Origin: Phoronis australis
Taxonomy: Eukaryota > Animalia > Phoronida
Reading direction: 5' to 3'
NCBI GenBank assembly: GCA_002633005.1
Contig: NMRA01000056.1
Coordinates: forward strand, 443,165 to 507,164
DNA: 64,000 nt
Shown: piece after piece, positions 11,730-23,362 of the stretch
Numbering within the stretch: the first letter of the stretch is position 1
How the letters are laid out: the number at the start of each line of letters is the position of its first letter
The notes under the pieces: model-generated
The model's input: only the letters and a program-made list of their open reading frames with translations
Told to the model about the DNA's origin: nothing
The model's database searches: none
Program-made: the position numbers and the translations under genes

Positions 11730-12592
11730 CATGCATTGCCACCTTTGACAATCGTTGTTTAGGTTCACGTTCTGTGGCAGAGCCCCTTAATACGTTACCA
11801 ATAGCTAAGTCGGAAAAGATCGGGGTTCGAATCCCGGACTTTCTCCTAACTGTGCAGACTCTCTAGTCCAGTGGGCTATAGGGACCACTGGTCTCGACGA
11901 GTTCCTATAGTTACATATGCCAATCCAGAGACAGGGGGAAGTCATGAATCATGTCAATATGTTTATGCCCATGAGGTTAACGTATCCTCGCAATAACCCG
12001 AGCCAAGAGTACTTCTATCATTCGAAATGTTTACATGGCCGGAATAGTCCCACCGTATACACAATTAATATATCTCCGATGTTGTACTTTTTGCTAATGA
12101 AGACCTTTTTCATATTCGGCATTCCAAGACATCTCAGTGGTGTCCCTTTCTGGTGCCAATGTCGCCTCTAAATGGAGTTGGCGATTGTCCCTGGTAAGCT
12201 TTCACAAGAGCGTGTGTCGAGTAATACAAACCTATGCCCCCAAAGATTAAGCCTAAAAGAATGACTAGTATGTCCCATAATAGAGTTGGCCAACTTAGTA
12301 AGTGTCTTTTGAGCTTAAGATGGAAAACGCAGGGCCAAACGAAGGACAGCATGGTTCCCGTGAGACTGCCAATAAGACCCATAAGCAAGGCAAAGTGCGG
12401 GATGAATATAGCTAACACCAGGGTGAAAACAACAAGTGCGATTCTAAGAATGACTCCCCAAACCTTGAGTGTTCTGTCGACGTCGTAACATGAGGGTAGA
12501 TAGGTTTTGGGTTTTCCCCTGAAAAGGGCTTCCTCAATGAGTTCAACAGCTGCGTAAAACGGCAACGGATAAGACAGCATGGCTTTTGCCAC
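11730..12592 (-). other. Near-identical duplicate of the VGAT 3' coding end and 3' UTR (probable assembly haplotype overlap)
   Basis: 863-bp copy of 12594-13453, separated by a single n at 12593. The coding part is identical apart from a synonymous CAC/CAT; the UTR has scattered substitutions and a 3-bp indel. Confidence 0.85.
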
Positions 12593-12681
12593 NCATGCAT
12601 CGCCACCTTTGACAATCGTTGTTTAGGTTCACGTTCTGTGGCAGAGCCCCTTAATACGTTACCAATAGCTAAGTCGGAAAA

Positions 12682-12750
12682 GATCGGGGTTCGAATCCCA
12701 GACTTTCTCCTAGAAGTGAAGACTCTCTAGTCCAGTGGGCTATAGGGACC
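12682..12750 (-). mobile_element. tRNA-derived SINE head downstream of the VGAT stop (also at 11818-11886)
   Basis: Minus strand ggtccctaTAGCCCACTGGactagagagtct...GGGATTCGAACCCC: A- and B-box-like motifs at tRNA spacing, no intact cloverleaf. Confidence 0.55.
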
Positions 12751-12994
12751 ACTGGTCTCGACGAGTTCCTATAGTTACATATGCCAATCCAGAGACAGGA
12801 GGAAGTCATGTGTCATGTCAATATGTTTATGCCCATGAGGTTAACGTATCCTCGCAATAACCTGAGCCAAGAGTACTTCCAACATTCGAAATGTTTACAT
12901 GGCCGGAATAGTCCCACCGTATACACAATTAATATATCTCCGATGTACTTTTTGCTAATGAAGACCTTTTTCATATTCGGCATTCCAAGACATC

Positions 12995-14212
12995 TCAATG
13001 GTGTCCCTTTCTGGTGCCAATGTCGCCTCTAAATGGAGTTGGCGATTGTCCCTGGTAAGCTTTCACAAGAGCGTGTGTCGAGTAATACAAACCTATGCCC
13101 CCAAAGATTAAGCCTAAAAGAATGACTAGTATGTCCCATAATAGAGTTGGCCAACTTAGTAAGTGTCTTTTGAGCTTAAGATGGAAAACGCAGGGCCAAA
13201 CGAAGGACAGCATGGTTCCCGTGAGACTGCCAATAAGACCCATAAGCAAGGCAAAGTGCGGGATGAATATAGCTAACACCAGGGTGAAAACAACAAGTGC
13301 GATTCTAAGAATGACTCCCCAAACCTTGAGTGTTCTGTCGACGTCGTAACATGAGGGTAGATAGGTTTTGGGTTTTCCCCTGAAAAGGGCTTCCTCAATG
13401 AGTTCAACAGCTGCGTAAAACGGCAACGGATAAGACAGCATGGCTTTTGCCACAAGGAACATATTGACGACAACTTTTAAATTGTCCGGTAGATTATTTG
13501 TCACCACTTCTTTGGTTTCTTCACCCCATGTTACGTAGCCAATATAGGAAAATAGGGCCTTGAATGCGGCCGCGGCAATATGTGTCCAGTAAATCATGCA
13601 CTTGAATTTGCCGCGATCCACCAAATTTCCTTCTAAGGTTGGTAGAAATATCTGAGAGGTATAACTGAAGACTACGATTCCTAGCGATATGGGAAACGTC
13701 CAGATATCTGGGTTGATCCTCACAGCCGACCAGTGCCAATCCGCGGCTTTAGTGAAACAATATACGAGTATAATTCCGTTAATAAACATGTGCGCGACGG
13801 TACACCAGAAACTCAACCACGACACGTGACGTAGGTTGGTGAGGAAGGCGCACGGCAGTAAAAATATGGCAGCCACCATCGTCCACGATGCCAAATCAAG
13901 TGCGGAATCTGGGAAACTGCCGACCATGAGGTCTCCACAGAGCAAAACATATAATATACACGTCATTAACAATTCTATGAGCTGAGCTAAGTTCACCACA
14001 ATTGCACCGATTCGTTTCCCCCATACTTCCTGTGCGATACTGACGTAGCTGTTACGCACGCGCACTCGTACTCCCATAGAGTTCTCTTCGTAGAGACAGT
14101 CGACGAGTATTTTGCCAGTGTAACAGCAGACGTAAGCTACGAATACCATGGCGAACACCGCCCAATAGCCTCCTTGATGAACAGCGTATGGAAAGCTCAC
14201 GATGAACATTCC
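12995..14212 (-). CDS. SLC32A1: Vesicular inhibitory amino acid transporter (VGAT/VIAAT, unc-47), coding exon 2
   Basis: Acceptor TTCCAG|GGA (phase 0). GMFIVSFPYAV, CCYTGKILVDCLYE, IELLMTCILYV, FSYTSQIFLP and LSYPLPF are VGAT signature motifs; multiple TM helices. Confidence 0.97.
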   Translation of the reverse strand, partial: GMFIVSFPYAVHQGGYWAVFAMVFVAYVCCYTGKILVDCLYEENSMGVRVRVRNSYVSIAQEVWGKRIGAIVVNLAQLIELLMTCILYVLLCGDLMVGSFPDSALDLASWTMVAAIFLLPCAFLTNLRHVSWLSFWCTVAHMFINGIILVYCFTKAADWHWSAVRINPDIWTFPISLGIVVFSYTSQIFLPTLEGNLVDRGKFKCMIYWTHIAAAAFKALFSYIGYVTWGEETKEVVTNNLPDNLKVVVNMFLVAKAMLSYPLPFYAAVELIEEALFRGKPKTYLPSCYDVDRTLKVWGVILRIALVVFTLVLAIFIPHFALLMGLIGSLTGTMLSFVWPCVFHLKLKRHLLSWPTLLWDILVILLGLIFGGIGLYYSTHALVKAYQGQSPTPFRGDIGTRKGHH

Positions 14213-15079
14213 CTGGAACAAGAAAAATGCAACATAAGCCCACTCGCTTATTTGGTAAAATCTTCCATTGCGTAAATTTTCCTTTAGTTCTAATTTCGTC
14301 CTCACAAGCTACATGCAATGTGTTAGCAGTTCACAATACATTCATTGTCTTTCGCTAAGTTGAGAAACATTTTTTGCGCCTTCAAGAGACCTTTAAAAGG
14401 TGTGCTTACCGGAAATAGCTTCACTGTTGTTAGGCCGCACGCGCACAATTGAGGACCTTAGTTTTGCCACTGATTTCCAAAAGATGTTTGAATGTTTCAA
14501 TGTTTGAAAGTCTTAACGTTTTGCGTATTTGGTTTCCACGAAAGCTTAAGAAATAAGTCACGGAGGTCAAAATACGAAAAGCAATTACACGTCTTGCAAC
14601 ACTGTAATTGACCTTTTGTGAAATCGGCACGCGACAAGACCTTGAAATCGTTGACCATACATTGCCATAAAGCTACTTTGGACCTGGTGACTTCTGCTCT
14701 AGGCAGTCACGAAGAGTAAAATAACTGCAGGGTTCTTAAAGACGATTTGATAATAAAATGGAAATTTTCTTTAAATATACTCTTTGTGGTTCATTTTAGT
14801 TAAAAACTTCATCAAACGGATTTTAACACAGATTAGTTCAGCTGAAACTTTAAAGCCCAAATAACGCCCATTCAACACAACTCCAAGTATCATCAAATTT
14901 AAGTGGATTTAAAGGAGAATGCCACCCGATTTAATTAGTCTTTTTTACCGTCTTAATCGGTCTATATCCACATCGTCTCATATACGGTCGACCTCACCTT
15001 GCCGAGAGGTGTCGCGTTAACCTTTGAGAAAGGTGAGAAACGACGCAGCGACGTCAGTGGTTCGTCTGCAGAGTGAATG

Positions 15080-15266
15080 CCGCTATACTGTGGTGCATCG
15101 TTCCCGCTTGTTTTTTCGACTTCCTCGAGAGCCCGAAATGCTTAGGAAGTGGCTCGCGTTAGCGACGAATGAAAGGTACGCTGTTAACATTAGCAAGTAT
15201 GAGGCCGTGAAACATTTCCGTGTCTGTGGTCGGCATTTCCTCAGTGATTTCTCTGACGAATTCTAG
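15080..15266 (+). pseudogene. THAP domain remnant of the Kolobok element
   Basis: FFRLPREPEMLRKWL...R...FRVCGRHF matches the THAP F.FP...W...VC..HF pattern. Confidence 0.75.
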
Positions 15267-15279
15267 CTTTACAAACAAC

Positions 15280-15456
15280 TATCCATACGTTCCGTTGCCT
15301 GTTCATGTTCACGGCGCCTCGTCTCTAGTATTTCTTGATCAGTGTATTCCGGTTCGAACTGATATCCTGTGAAACCTAACGAGGCGACCCGTTAAGTCTT
15401 CGTCGGATGAGCTCTTGACTAAGTCGGGATTGGCGCCAGTGAGGTGAGTTGCCATG
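15280..15456 (-). pseudogene. KolX (P2X7 C-terminal-like) N-terminal remnant
   Basis: Minus strand ...LGFTGYQFEPEYTDQEILETRRREHE...; (P/G)YxFEPEY is typical of the start of KolX-like proteins; out of frame with the upstream ATG. Confidence 0.6.
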
Positions 15457-16899
15457 TAGACGTTTATTATTCGGATCTGCGTTCTGTTTCAAAATGAATT
15501 ATTCTCATCCTAACCAATGCTTATATGAAACTCAAACAAAGTCTGTCTCATTAGATACAATTTTTAATGCCTTGGAGTGCTCGTGAGTGCAAATGTTTTT
15601 AGAATCCAGCAATGAATAAACCACTGCGATACCTTATTTTGATGCCGGCAAAAAAGGTAATTGACCGGGCACCGAAGCCCTGTGAGCGCATGCTAATTCA
15701 GTGTTGCCTTACAGAAAGCTGTTGTGAAACAATTACTCGATTTTATATGCTATGGTCACATGTTAGGGGAATCTTTGTTTAGAAATACAAATACATTATT
15801 CAAATCATTGTTACTGTACAACCTTTGCCCTGACGGTCTGTGGAAGTGGAACTCGACTTCGCGACCCCCGACAAGTAGATAGATTTTCAGTTTCGTGGCT
15901 AATTCATATAAATAATTACGTGCACATTATTTCTTCGGCTCGACATTATAGTCTTTTCGTGACTGGAGGTTTAGTTTCCCACTCAAGCTGGTTTATGTTC
16001 GTGCCAGTCCCGGCGGCCTTTAGAACTCAAAAAATCACGAGTATAAACAACACAGATCTAGATTCTCCTGTCGATCTGTATTTCACGGAAGAATACTTCG
16101 AATTTATCTCCGAACAGACCCCAAACTCCTGCTTGACCTTGAATTGGCTTGCCGAACTATGTAGGCTACGGTGTGTCCAAATACCAGTAAATCCGTAACA
16201 GCGAAATAAAACAACACGTTTTTATAAGAACTCGGTGTAATTTTAAGGGTTTTTCATCGAAGTTTGATGATTTATTGGTGTTAAACGATGAATTCAAGCG
16301 ATAAGCTGACACCACTAACCCGTGTTGTGAACTGCTGAACAGACTGCGTGTGAAACCAATTACGTCATTGGATAATTTCAACACCTCCGTCTGCCGTCAA
16401 GTGTCAGGTAACGCAACCGAACGTGCCGTTATCGAGTAGAACTACTCTATCTAAATTGATACAAAATAGGTTGTTTTTTAGGTGGCATTCTCCTTTAATA
16501 TGACATTTTCATGAATTTTTTATATATTCTTTTATTTTTGGTAATGCAACACCACCCAAAATGGCCGCTGTAGTGAGTGACAGATGACTCATGCATGATG
16601 GGTACTCACCCAAATGTCACTCTATGTAATGAGGCTTCCGCGGAAACCTCGCCAAATGATACCAAAATAAAACAAACACACATGTCTGAAAGTTACGAAA
16701 TGTTTACATTTTAGATTTCTAAATTGCTGAATGTAAAGAAAAGGGTATCTTTAAAATACAAGGTAGGAGATTTTCCATTCTCACCACCCGCGCTGGTGTT
16801 CTCCTTAACAGTGTCCTTCCATTAACAAGTGTTTATTGCTCAGTAATGGAGTGTAGTTTAGTTTATGTGGATGATTTCTTAATCCTATTTTACACTTGA

Positions 16900-17050
16900 T
16901 GACCCCGACATGAAAGCTATAAGTTCGAGTCTGAACTCAAAATCTCGAACTTTTTCTAGAAATCTCAATTTTAAACACGAGCTTGTAGCTCAAATATAGA
17001 GGTCTATTAAGAGTGAATTTGGACTTTAAACCTACTTGAGTAATCCATAT
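16900..17050. mobile_element. MITE-like dispersed repeat
   Basis: Homologous in reverse complement to about 34500-34590 (gaactcgaaatttcgag...tgtagc.c.aatata.gggtct). Confidence 0.5.
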
Positions 17051-17185
17051 ACTCCAGCGCAGAATATCTTGAGTATGTGTTACGGTTTTTTAGGACCTGT
17101 CACTAAGGTCTCACATAAAGGAGAACGGAAATTTTCAAAAAATATTTTTGAGTTCGATGTCGAGTAAAATATTAGACCCTAGCTG

Positions 17186-17265
17186 TGATCACTTGTTTAG
17201 CACAAGACAAGACATTTAATTGGATGATCACTTGTGCTAAACAAGTGATCATCCAATTAAATGTC
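17186..17265. repeat. Perfect 24-bp hairpin with an upstream flipped copy of its loop region
   Basis: 17211-17234 is the exact reverse complement of 17242-17265 (7-nt loop); 17186-17206 is the exact reverse complement of 17231-17251. Confidence 0.95.
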
Positions 17266-18487
17266 GGTGAAGATTCAAACCATTGTTATTCTTCATGTCA
17301 GTTCAAATAAGTACGTTGAACTTTCTTTGCTTTAGCCATTGTAGATTACTTGGAGAAAATTTCCTTATTATCCTTAGATTTTTTGTTGAAACTGAGACTG
17401 TCGTTTCTTCATTAATCGTGTTTCTCTATGTACTTCTTTCTGCTTAGTCGTCTTTTATATTGCGGTAGCGATTATGGCAAGAACACTCTCTCATTGCAAC
17501 TTGAGAAAGTCCTCTGAGAGTTTCTCAATAAAGAGTATCTACATTTCACAGTAAACCCCCAATCAATTACGATTTACAAGATCTAATTGCTAATGTTCTT
17601 TAAAACTTTTATCCTGTGAAAATCAATTACATTCACAAATGTTTCTCTGTAGATAATAACGGTAGGCGTAAGTGAAAGACATCTTCTCTTGATTCACAGC
17701 GTGACGATTGCGAAAACACTGATTTGAATTTGTCATCTCTGATGATACTGACTGGTGCTACAAAAAATAATCGGTCGCACGAGCGATTTTTAGACTTTAT
17801 TTTTGAAGTGTCGTACGCAGCGTATTTATCGCGTTAGCTGATTTTGATACAGATTCAGGGCTCAGCGCTTTTGTGCTGTACTCACAGAAAACGTCTGACC
17901 CAAAACTGAAGTCCGCACACTTTATTCTTAGCAGCGTTTTTGTTCACTGAAGAATCCATTAGTTTAGATTCTTTAAAAATTACGATTTAACGAAAAACAA
18001 GCCTCTTGCTGTTATAGAATAACATTGGACACCTTGTAATATAATAGATTATAGATAACCATAGTCTATGGTAATGTATAAGATTCTAATTTGTAAGATT
18101 AACCTACTGAATTCAACTTGTACCGCACCTATCGAAGTATCCGCAGTGTCCATGTGATAGCTTTCGTCCAAGAACAACTGGTTACAAAAATGTGTACTAT
18201 TCTAATTTATTTTCTTACTTATTAATATATAAATTCGTTTTTATTTCAGCAAACCTCATTTTTACTTTTACAACTTTACCGTTAACGCGATCCCACAATT
18301 CATTGTAAATTCTTTTAATTTGAGATTCCTTAGTAATTTAAATTAATATGCTGCAATTCAACAGCGATAAAAAGTAGAAAAATAGCTCTGAAAACATCTA
18401 CAGGATTTTACTGAACAATTTGCAAAACAGAAAAATCCTACTTTAAATTGAAAACACCTGCTATTCCTCATCTCGCCACTGTTTTAC

Positions 18488-18775
18488 CTGTATGGCGTTA
18501 GTCACGTTCCATCCAGCTTGCCACTCTGTGATTTTGTCCCTCCCTTCCCCAGGTACGTCACTTTCTATGAGTTCCGGTTCCTCAGCACCCTCCGTTGAAG
18601 GCGATCCGTCCGATCCCGTCTTCTCACTGCACGTAGTAGGATTGTTGAAGTTCGTCATCTCAGTTTTTTCTTCGCAGTAGTCATGTTTCACAAAATTTAT
18701 CTTTTCCTCCGTTTCTCCTGAAGGCGGAAAGAATGAACGCATTGTTCTAAACACGGAAGGTGCGTTGAATGGCAT
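18488..18775 (-). CDS. SLC32A1: VGAT coding exon 1 (96 aa, cytosolic N-terminus to ...WNVTNAIQ)
   Basis: KITEWQAGWNVTNAIQ|GTAAAA, phase 0; joins GMF of exon 2 to give the canonical NAIQGMF motif; 501 aa in total. Confidence 0.95.
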
Positions 18776-21128
18776 TTTGATCCTGCGTGGTTGTCTAATA
18801 TTCGCGTTGCAAGCTCGATTTAAAATTAAGCGATGCGCTTCCTGGTTTTCATTTAATATAATCTAAAGAGAATCGTCAACGTTTTGGAGACTACTTTTGC
18901 CTGATTAATCTACTTGAACGATAAATAAAAACAGTTATTTCCTTCAACAAGACGGCGAGTGTCAATGAATGGCAAGGCAATGTGATGAGGCAACCCGCAA
19001 AATTACGGAATGTCGTCTGCGCATGCCCTTCGACGATCATGAGATCATTAAAAAGAGAAATATTCTCCGAATTGACAAGCAAATCATATTGACTAAATAT
19101 CTCATTGACCATCTCATTTGTTGGGGCGTGAGTATTCAGCAGCTGCGACAGACACCGCTAATGTCTAATGACGAAGAACGCTGAAATCGCGTGATTAATC
19201 CTGACAAGCACTTTACCAGGCCTGAACTCAAACCACTACTTAGTGGGCTTCCTTCTGATTTCTGCATGTGCGCCAATTTGTTTGCGTAATTTTTTAATTC
19301 TGTTTCATAATCATTATCCGACCAAAACGTTTTGTTCCTTCATCACCGTTCCCGAGGTATAAATTTCATTTTTTGTCGGAAAGCGTGTACTGGTGCGGAT
19401 AAAGTTTCATGGGATATATATGTCTTTGATTTGTGTTGAATATTTTAATGTACTGTTTTCCAAATCAAGAACCAATTTATTGACTTCAGGTGTATGCGGA
19501 TGCCAACGACCGAATTAGTTCTATAAAAGTTGCCGAATCCTTGCTTTTTACGATTTGTGATTAGTTTTGAATTGTTTGCAATTGAAACTAGATAACATTT
19601 TAAGGGTTTTTGCGAAGTCTTGATTCTTTCCATTAACGTTTTTGATTGTCAATGTCTCGGACTTTTCCACGATAATTATTAGTCAATGCAAGGACACGCG
19701 GTTTTGGGGAGTTTTGGCATGCGGATGAAAGATCACGATTCGTTTCGTGGTGTGATATCAAAAAATTCTGTTTAATTTGAATTTTATCTGACGTCTTATT
19801 TGCCAGCTCAGACCCAGCAAATATAGCAAATAAGATGTGTTCCTTACTATGTTTGTTTCTAACCTGGTGGTCTAACAGGGAATTGTCACTGTTGTATGCC
19901 TCAAAGTTAAAACCTGTGATGCGTTCCGTAGTCGCAAGACACTATCAAAAAAGCAAGATCACGCAAGTCACTCACGTTTTTGCGTGAAATATCGTCGCAC
20001 ATTACAAGCGATGTACGTAATCGCACTAGCTTTTCTATCGACTGTCTCGCGTCTACGGATCGCAACTCTGTCGCCGTGTGAACGAAGCAAGCATTGCGTT
20101 ACAAGATCCGATAAGCCGATTTTTAGCAAATTAACACACTTTTAATAGTGCCATCTGCAGTCAGTCATGGTGGATGAAGACATATTTATAGGACAACAAA
20201 AATCTTCTCTAGGGGCCCATCTTAAAGAAGTCATACACCAGGCCCCAGCTAACACGGTCGTATCGATCGCATTTTATTTTGGGAATTTTTGAACAAATGA
20301 AAATGAGGTTTCTGAATATAACAAATTTAATCATGATAGTCAATAGATAAATAATGTTGATTTGCATGAATTCAATGGTCTGAATGCGTTTACAAATTTA
20401 ATGACGCAATATGTATGTCCAGATCAGCACAAAAAATCTCATAAATGAAGATGTTTCATATACTTTTAAACCAGCAAACTATATACCATATGCAAATGTG
20501 TCCTACAGAAAAGAACACATTGCATAATTCTGTTGCTTATAAATTATAGTTTTTGACAATTGGATATGCAGTCTGTGTTTGGACTACCGTTAGACAAATT
20601 ACGCAATCTTAATTCGAGATTAATGCATTGCAAGACCACTTTAGGTAAAGACGTCAAGACATAGTCAGATGCAACTACATTTCTTCGCTCATTTGATGCT
20701 TGGAAAATCTTGCGTTGTATGTAATGGCCGGACTTATATCACCGTTATACAGTTAAAGTCTATGTAAAGTGTACGCACTGCGTTCGCACGCATCTTCGTA
20801 TGATTCCATGTATACATGTATGTTTGTATCTACGACTTTGTTCGCAATACAAAAATAGACTGTTTCCATTCTTGTATATCACGCGTGTACTCCAAAACTT
20901 TAAAGTTCCTTCTAAAGGACAATTACATATCTAAGAATATTATGACTTTTGAGGAGACGCTTAATATAGCATTTAAACAACATCCTATTCAAATGTATCA
21001 CTGCTAGCTTAGCCCGGAAAGGAATGGAATTATTTTCGAAAACTCCATGTCGTAGATTCAGTACTTAGCTTAAATTTTCGCTCGAGGGAAAATATAACTG
21101 TACACGCTATATAACGGTGAAAGCCATC

Positions 21129-21979
21129 TTAGAAAAAAGCCCCTTCTTCCCCCGATTGATCAGAATTTTTAACGTCTTTAATTTCATTGGTGACATTGCA
21201 TTCTTCTGGGATGTCCTCGTCTTCTGATTCTACAACATTTACTTCCACGCTGCCAATGTCAACCTCACTTTCGCGATTCGTACTATACACGTGTTTCTCC
21301 TTTCTGTTACTCAGACCTCGCTCAAAATTTGCACCGTCTTCGACGTCTGTGTCATTTTTACTAGATGCATCTGACATGGAATCGCAGACTTCGTTTGTCG
21401 ACACAGGAGCTTCAGCCAATTCGTCTTCAGCAGATATCTCATCTTCTTCAACATGCACTGTCTCTCCTTCTTCTGTTTCCAGCACATCCTTGTCGTCTAC
21501 AGTTTCTGCGGTGTCTGTTTCGAACGCAAGGTTGTCTATGCCGTCAACAGTTTGAGAAGAGCTATAAACGGGGTTATCAAGCGATTCTTTTTCGCCGTCA
21601 GCAGGAGCCTCTTCATGGTTAAGAACAGTGTCGCACTGAGCTTTACCGTCTGGCGAAACCTTGTCGAGAACAACGGCTTCTTTAGTGTCTGGACTGTGTT
21701 TCTCCATCGTGTTTGCATGTGAAGCTGCAACCGTGTCGTCTTCTATCTCAGTGATTTCCACCGCCGTGACGTAAGCTCCTGGTGGAGATCCCAATGACCT
21801 TGATTGGTCGACCGAAGAGTACCCGTCGTCGTTAGTACTTTTGTCGTCTGTTGCGTGATTCGGATGCTGGTTTTTAAGTGTGACGTCCCCCGTTTCAAGG
21901 TCAATTTGGATGTGAGACATCTCCACTTCTGGTTCAAGTGCCGGGCCACTGTCTCCGTCCATGTGGCGCTCAATGGCAA
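21129..21979 (-). CDS. Sidestep/nephrin-like receptor, last exon (acidic cytoplasmic tail)
   Basis: Acceptor TTATAG at phase 1; acidic, disordered; contains LDNPVY (NPxY) and GIDNLAF; ends EEGAFF*. Confidence 0.8.
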
Positions 21980-22423
21980 CTATAACAAGAGGTTGTTTCA
22001 AATTTAAAAATCAGAACTAGTCTCCGTCCATCGAATTGAAATCGAACTTTTTTACGAATACCCCTTCCGTCCGCACGCACCCATGTTAAACGGCGACCAA
22101 AACGCAAGTGGTTGAACACGTCGTGTTCACAGTACTTGTGTGGACGGTCGAAAACACAAATTTCTAAAAATGTCGGGGTTTTTGTACCCGTGTCATGGTC
22201 GGATAGGCCTATGTGAGTGGACGAAGAAAAGGACACGAACACACGTGAGCACGGAGAACTTTTTGAGAACGCAAACAAACAGTTGTGTGTTCACAACGAA
22301 AACCAATTGGGCGGACAGGGTCTTAAAAACTTCATTGTCGTTATTGTAAGTTATGTTAATGAACTGACGTGTTTTGTAACACATCATCAAAACAAAAATC
22401 ATCTTTCCAGAAACAAAACTTAC

Positions 22424-22463
22424 GATTTTCTCTGACTCTTTTCTGAATTTCTCTTGATTTCTT
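22424..22463 (-). CDS. Sidestep/nephrin-like receptor, juxtamembrane 40-bp exon
   Basis: TTTCAG|KKSREIQKRVREN+C|GTAAG; phase 0 to 1 exactly bridges the neighbouring exons. Confidence 0.7.
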
Positions 22464-22843
22464 CTGAAATTGATGAAATTAAAATGTCATACGTGAACCA
22501 TCTTTGTGTAAGGTCCATTTAATAAGATAACAACTTCCTTGTTCAGAAGTATTCGTATTTGAAAACATGTTTCAATTGTTCATAAGGCAACGAAAAATCA
22601 TTTCAGGTTTTTTTTAATCAGCCAGTGGTAGACCAGGAGCGGTTCCGTAACTAACAAGACGGTGAAGAGAGAAAGCTGGTGATATCACGTGATTCGCTTG
22701 TGAAGCATGGCGATGTTTTCGCGAAAGCTTGCTAGATATTGCAAACCTCACAAGAATCCAACCTTAAGAAGCGGGGCTGTAAGTCTGACAGTCAAGACAC
22801 AGAAGCATGTGGCAGGGGTAAACGAATTCAGTCAAAAACTAAC

Positions 22844-22998
22844 CTTTGTCTTGTTCCTGTATACACAACCGCTGATAGTGGCTACAATGATGAGGAATAA
22901 AACGCCACCACCGACACCGGCCAAAACATAGATGTCTGTAGGCCGCAGAGTAGAGGCTCCTGTCTGAGGCTTTGTCACCGTCTCAGTTGCACCGTAAG
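22844..22998 (-). CDS. Sidestep/nephrin-like receptor, transmembrane exon
   Basis: TTCCAG|...IYVLAGVGGGVLFLIIVATISGCVYRNKTK|GTTAGT. Confidence 0.85.
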
Positions 22999-23267
22999 CT
23001 GGAAGACCAAGGTGAAATCTTGTGGCGAGTGTGCAGAAACAGTGAGCATATTTAGATCTTTTGTAATGCCAGTCGATCGACAATGTAAGTTCTTTGAAAA
23101 GTAAACTACGGTTTGTAAAGGCCACGGTTTGTCGAAAGCCTCATGTTATTTAGAAACGTGGCTTAACCGAAAAATAAACGGGTTCACCTATAGTGATATT
23201 ATGACTGAATGTTTGTTTTTAAAATTTGCATTTTTCGATCGTCTTTTTGTATATATGAGTAGGCCTA

Positions 23268-23362
23268 TGCATGTATGACTGTAAGTATGTATGTATGTTT
23301 GTATGTATGTGTGTATGTATGTATGTATGTATGTATGTACGTGCATACGTACGAATGTATGT
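23268..23362. repeat. (TATG)n microsatellite
   Basis: Read directly from the sequence. Confidence 0.9.

Larger units (their letters stand above)
14913..16494 (+). mobile_element. Kolobok-type DNA transposon, internally deleted (1582 bp), in the VGAT intron
   Basis: Perfect 14-bp TIR AGGAGAATGCCACC/GGTGGCATTCTCCT; TTAA on both sides (14909-14912, 16495-16498); THAP stub on + and KolX-like stub on -. Confidence 0.9.

Noticed and set aside
12134-12592. 152-aa second VGAT-like gene
   Set aside because: Starts at the n, has no N-terminal part and is almost identical to the true gene; probable assembly duplication.
14213-14305. N-terminal 31 aa of the 436-aa ORF
   Set aside because: Intronic; the acceptor at 14213 joins exon 1 and restores the NAIQGMF motif.
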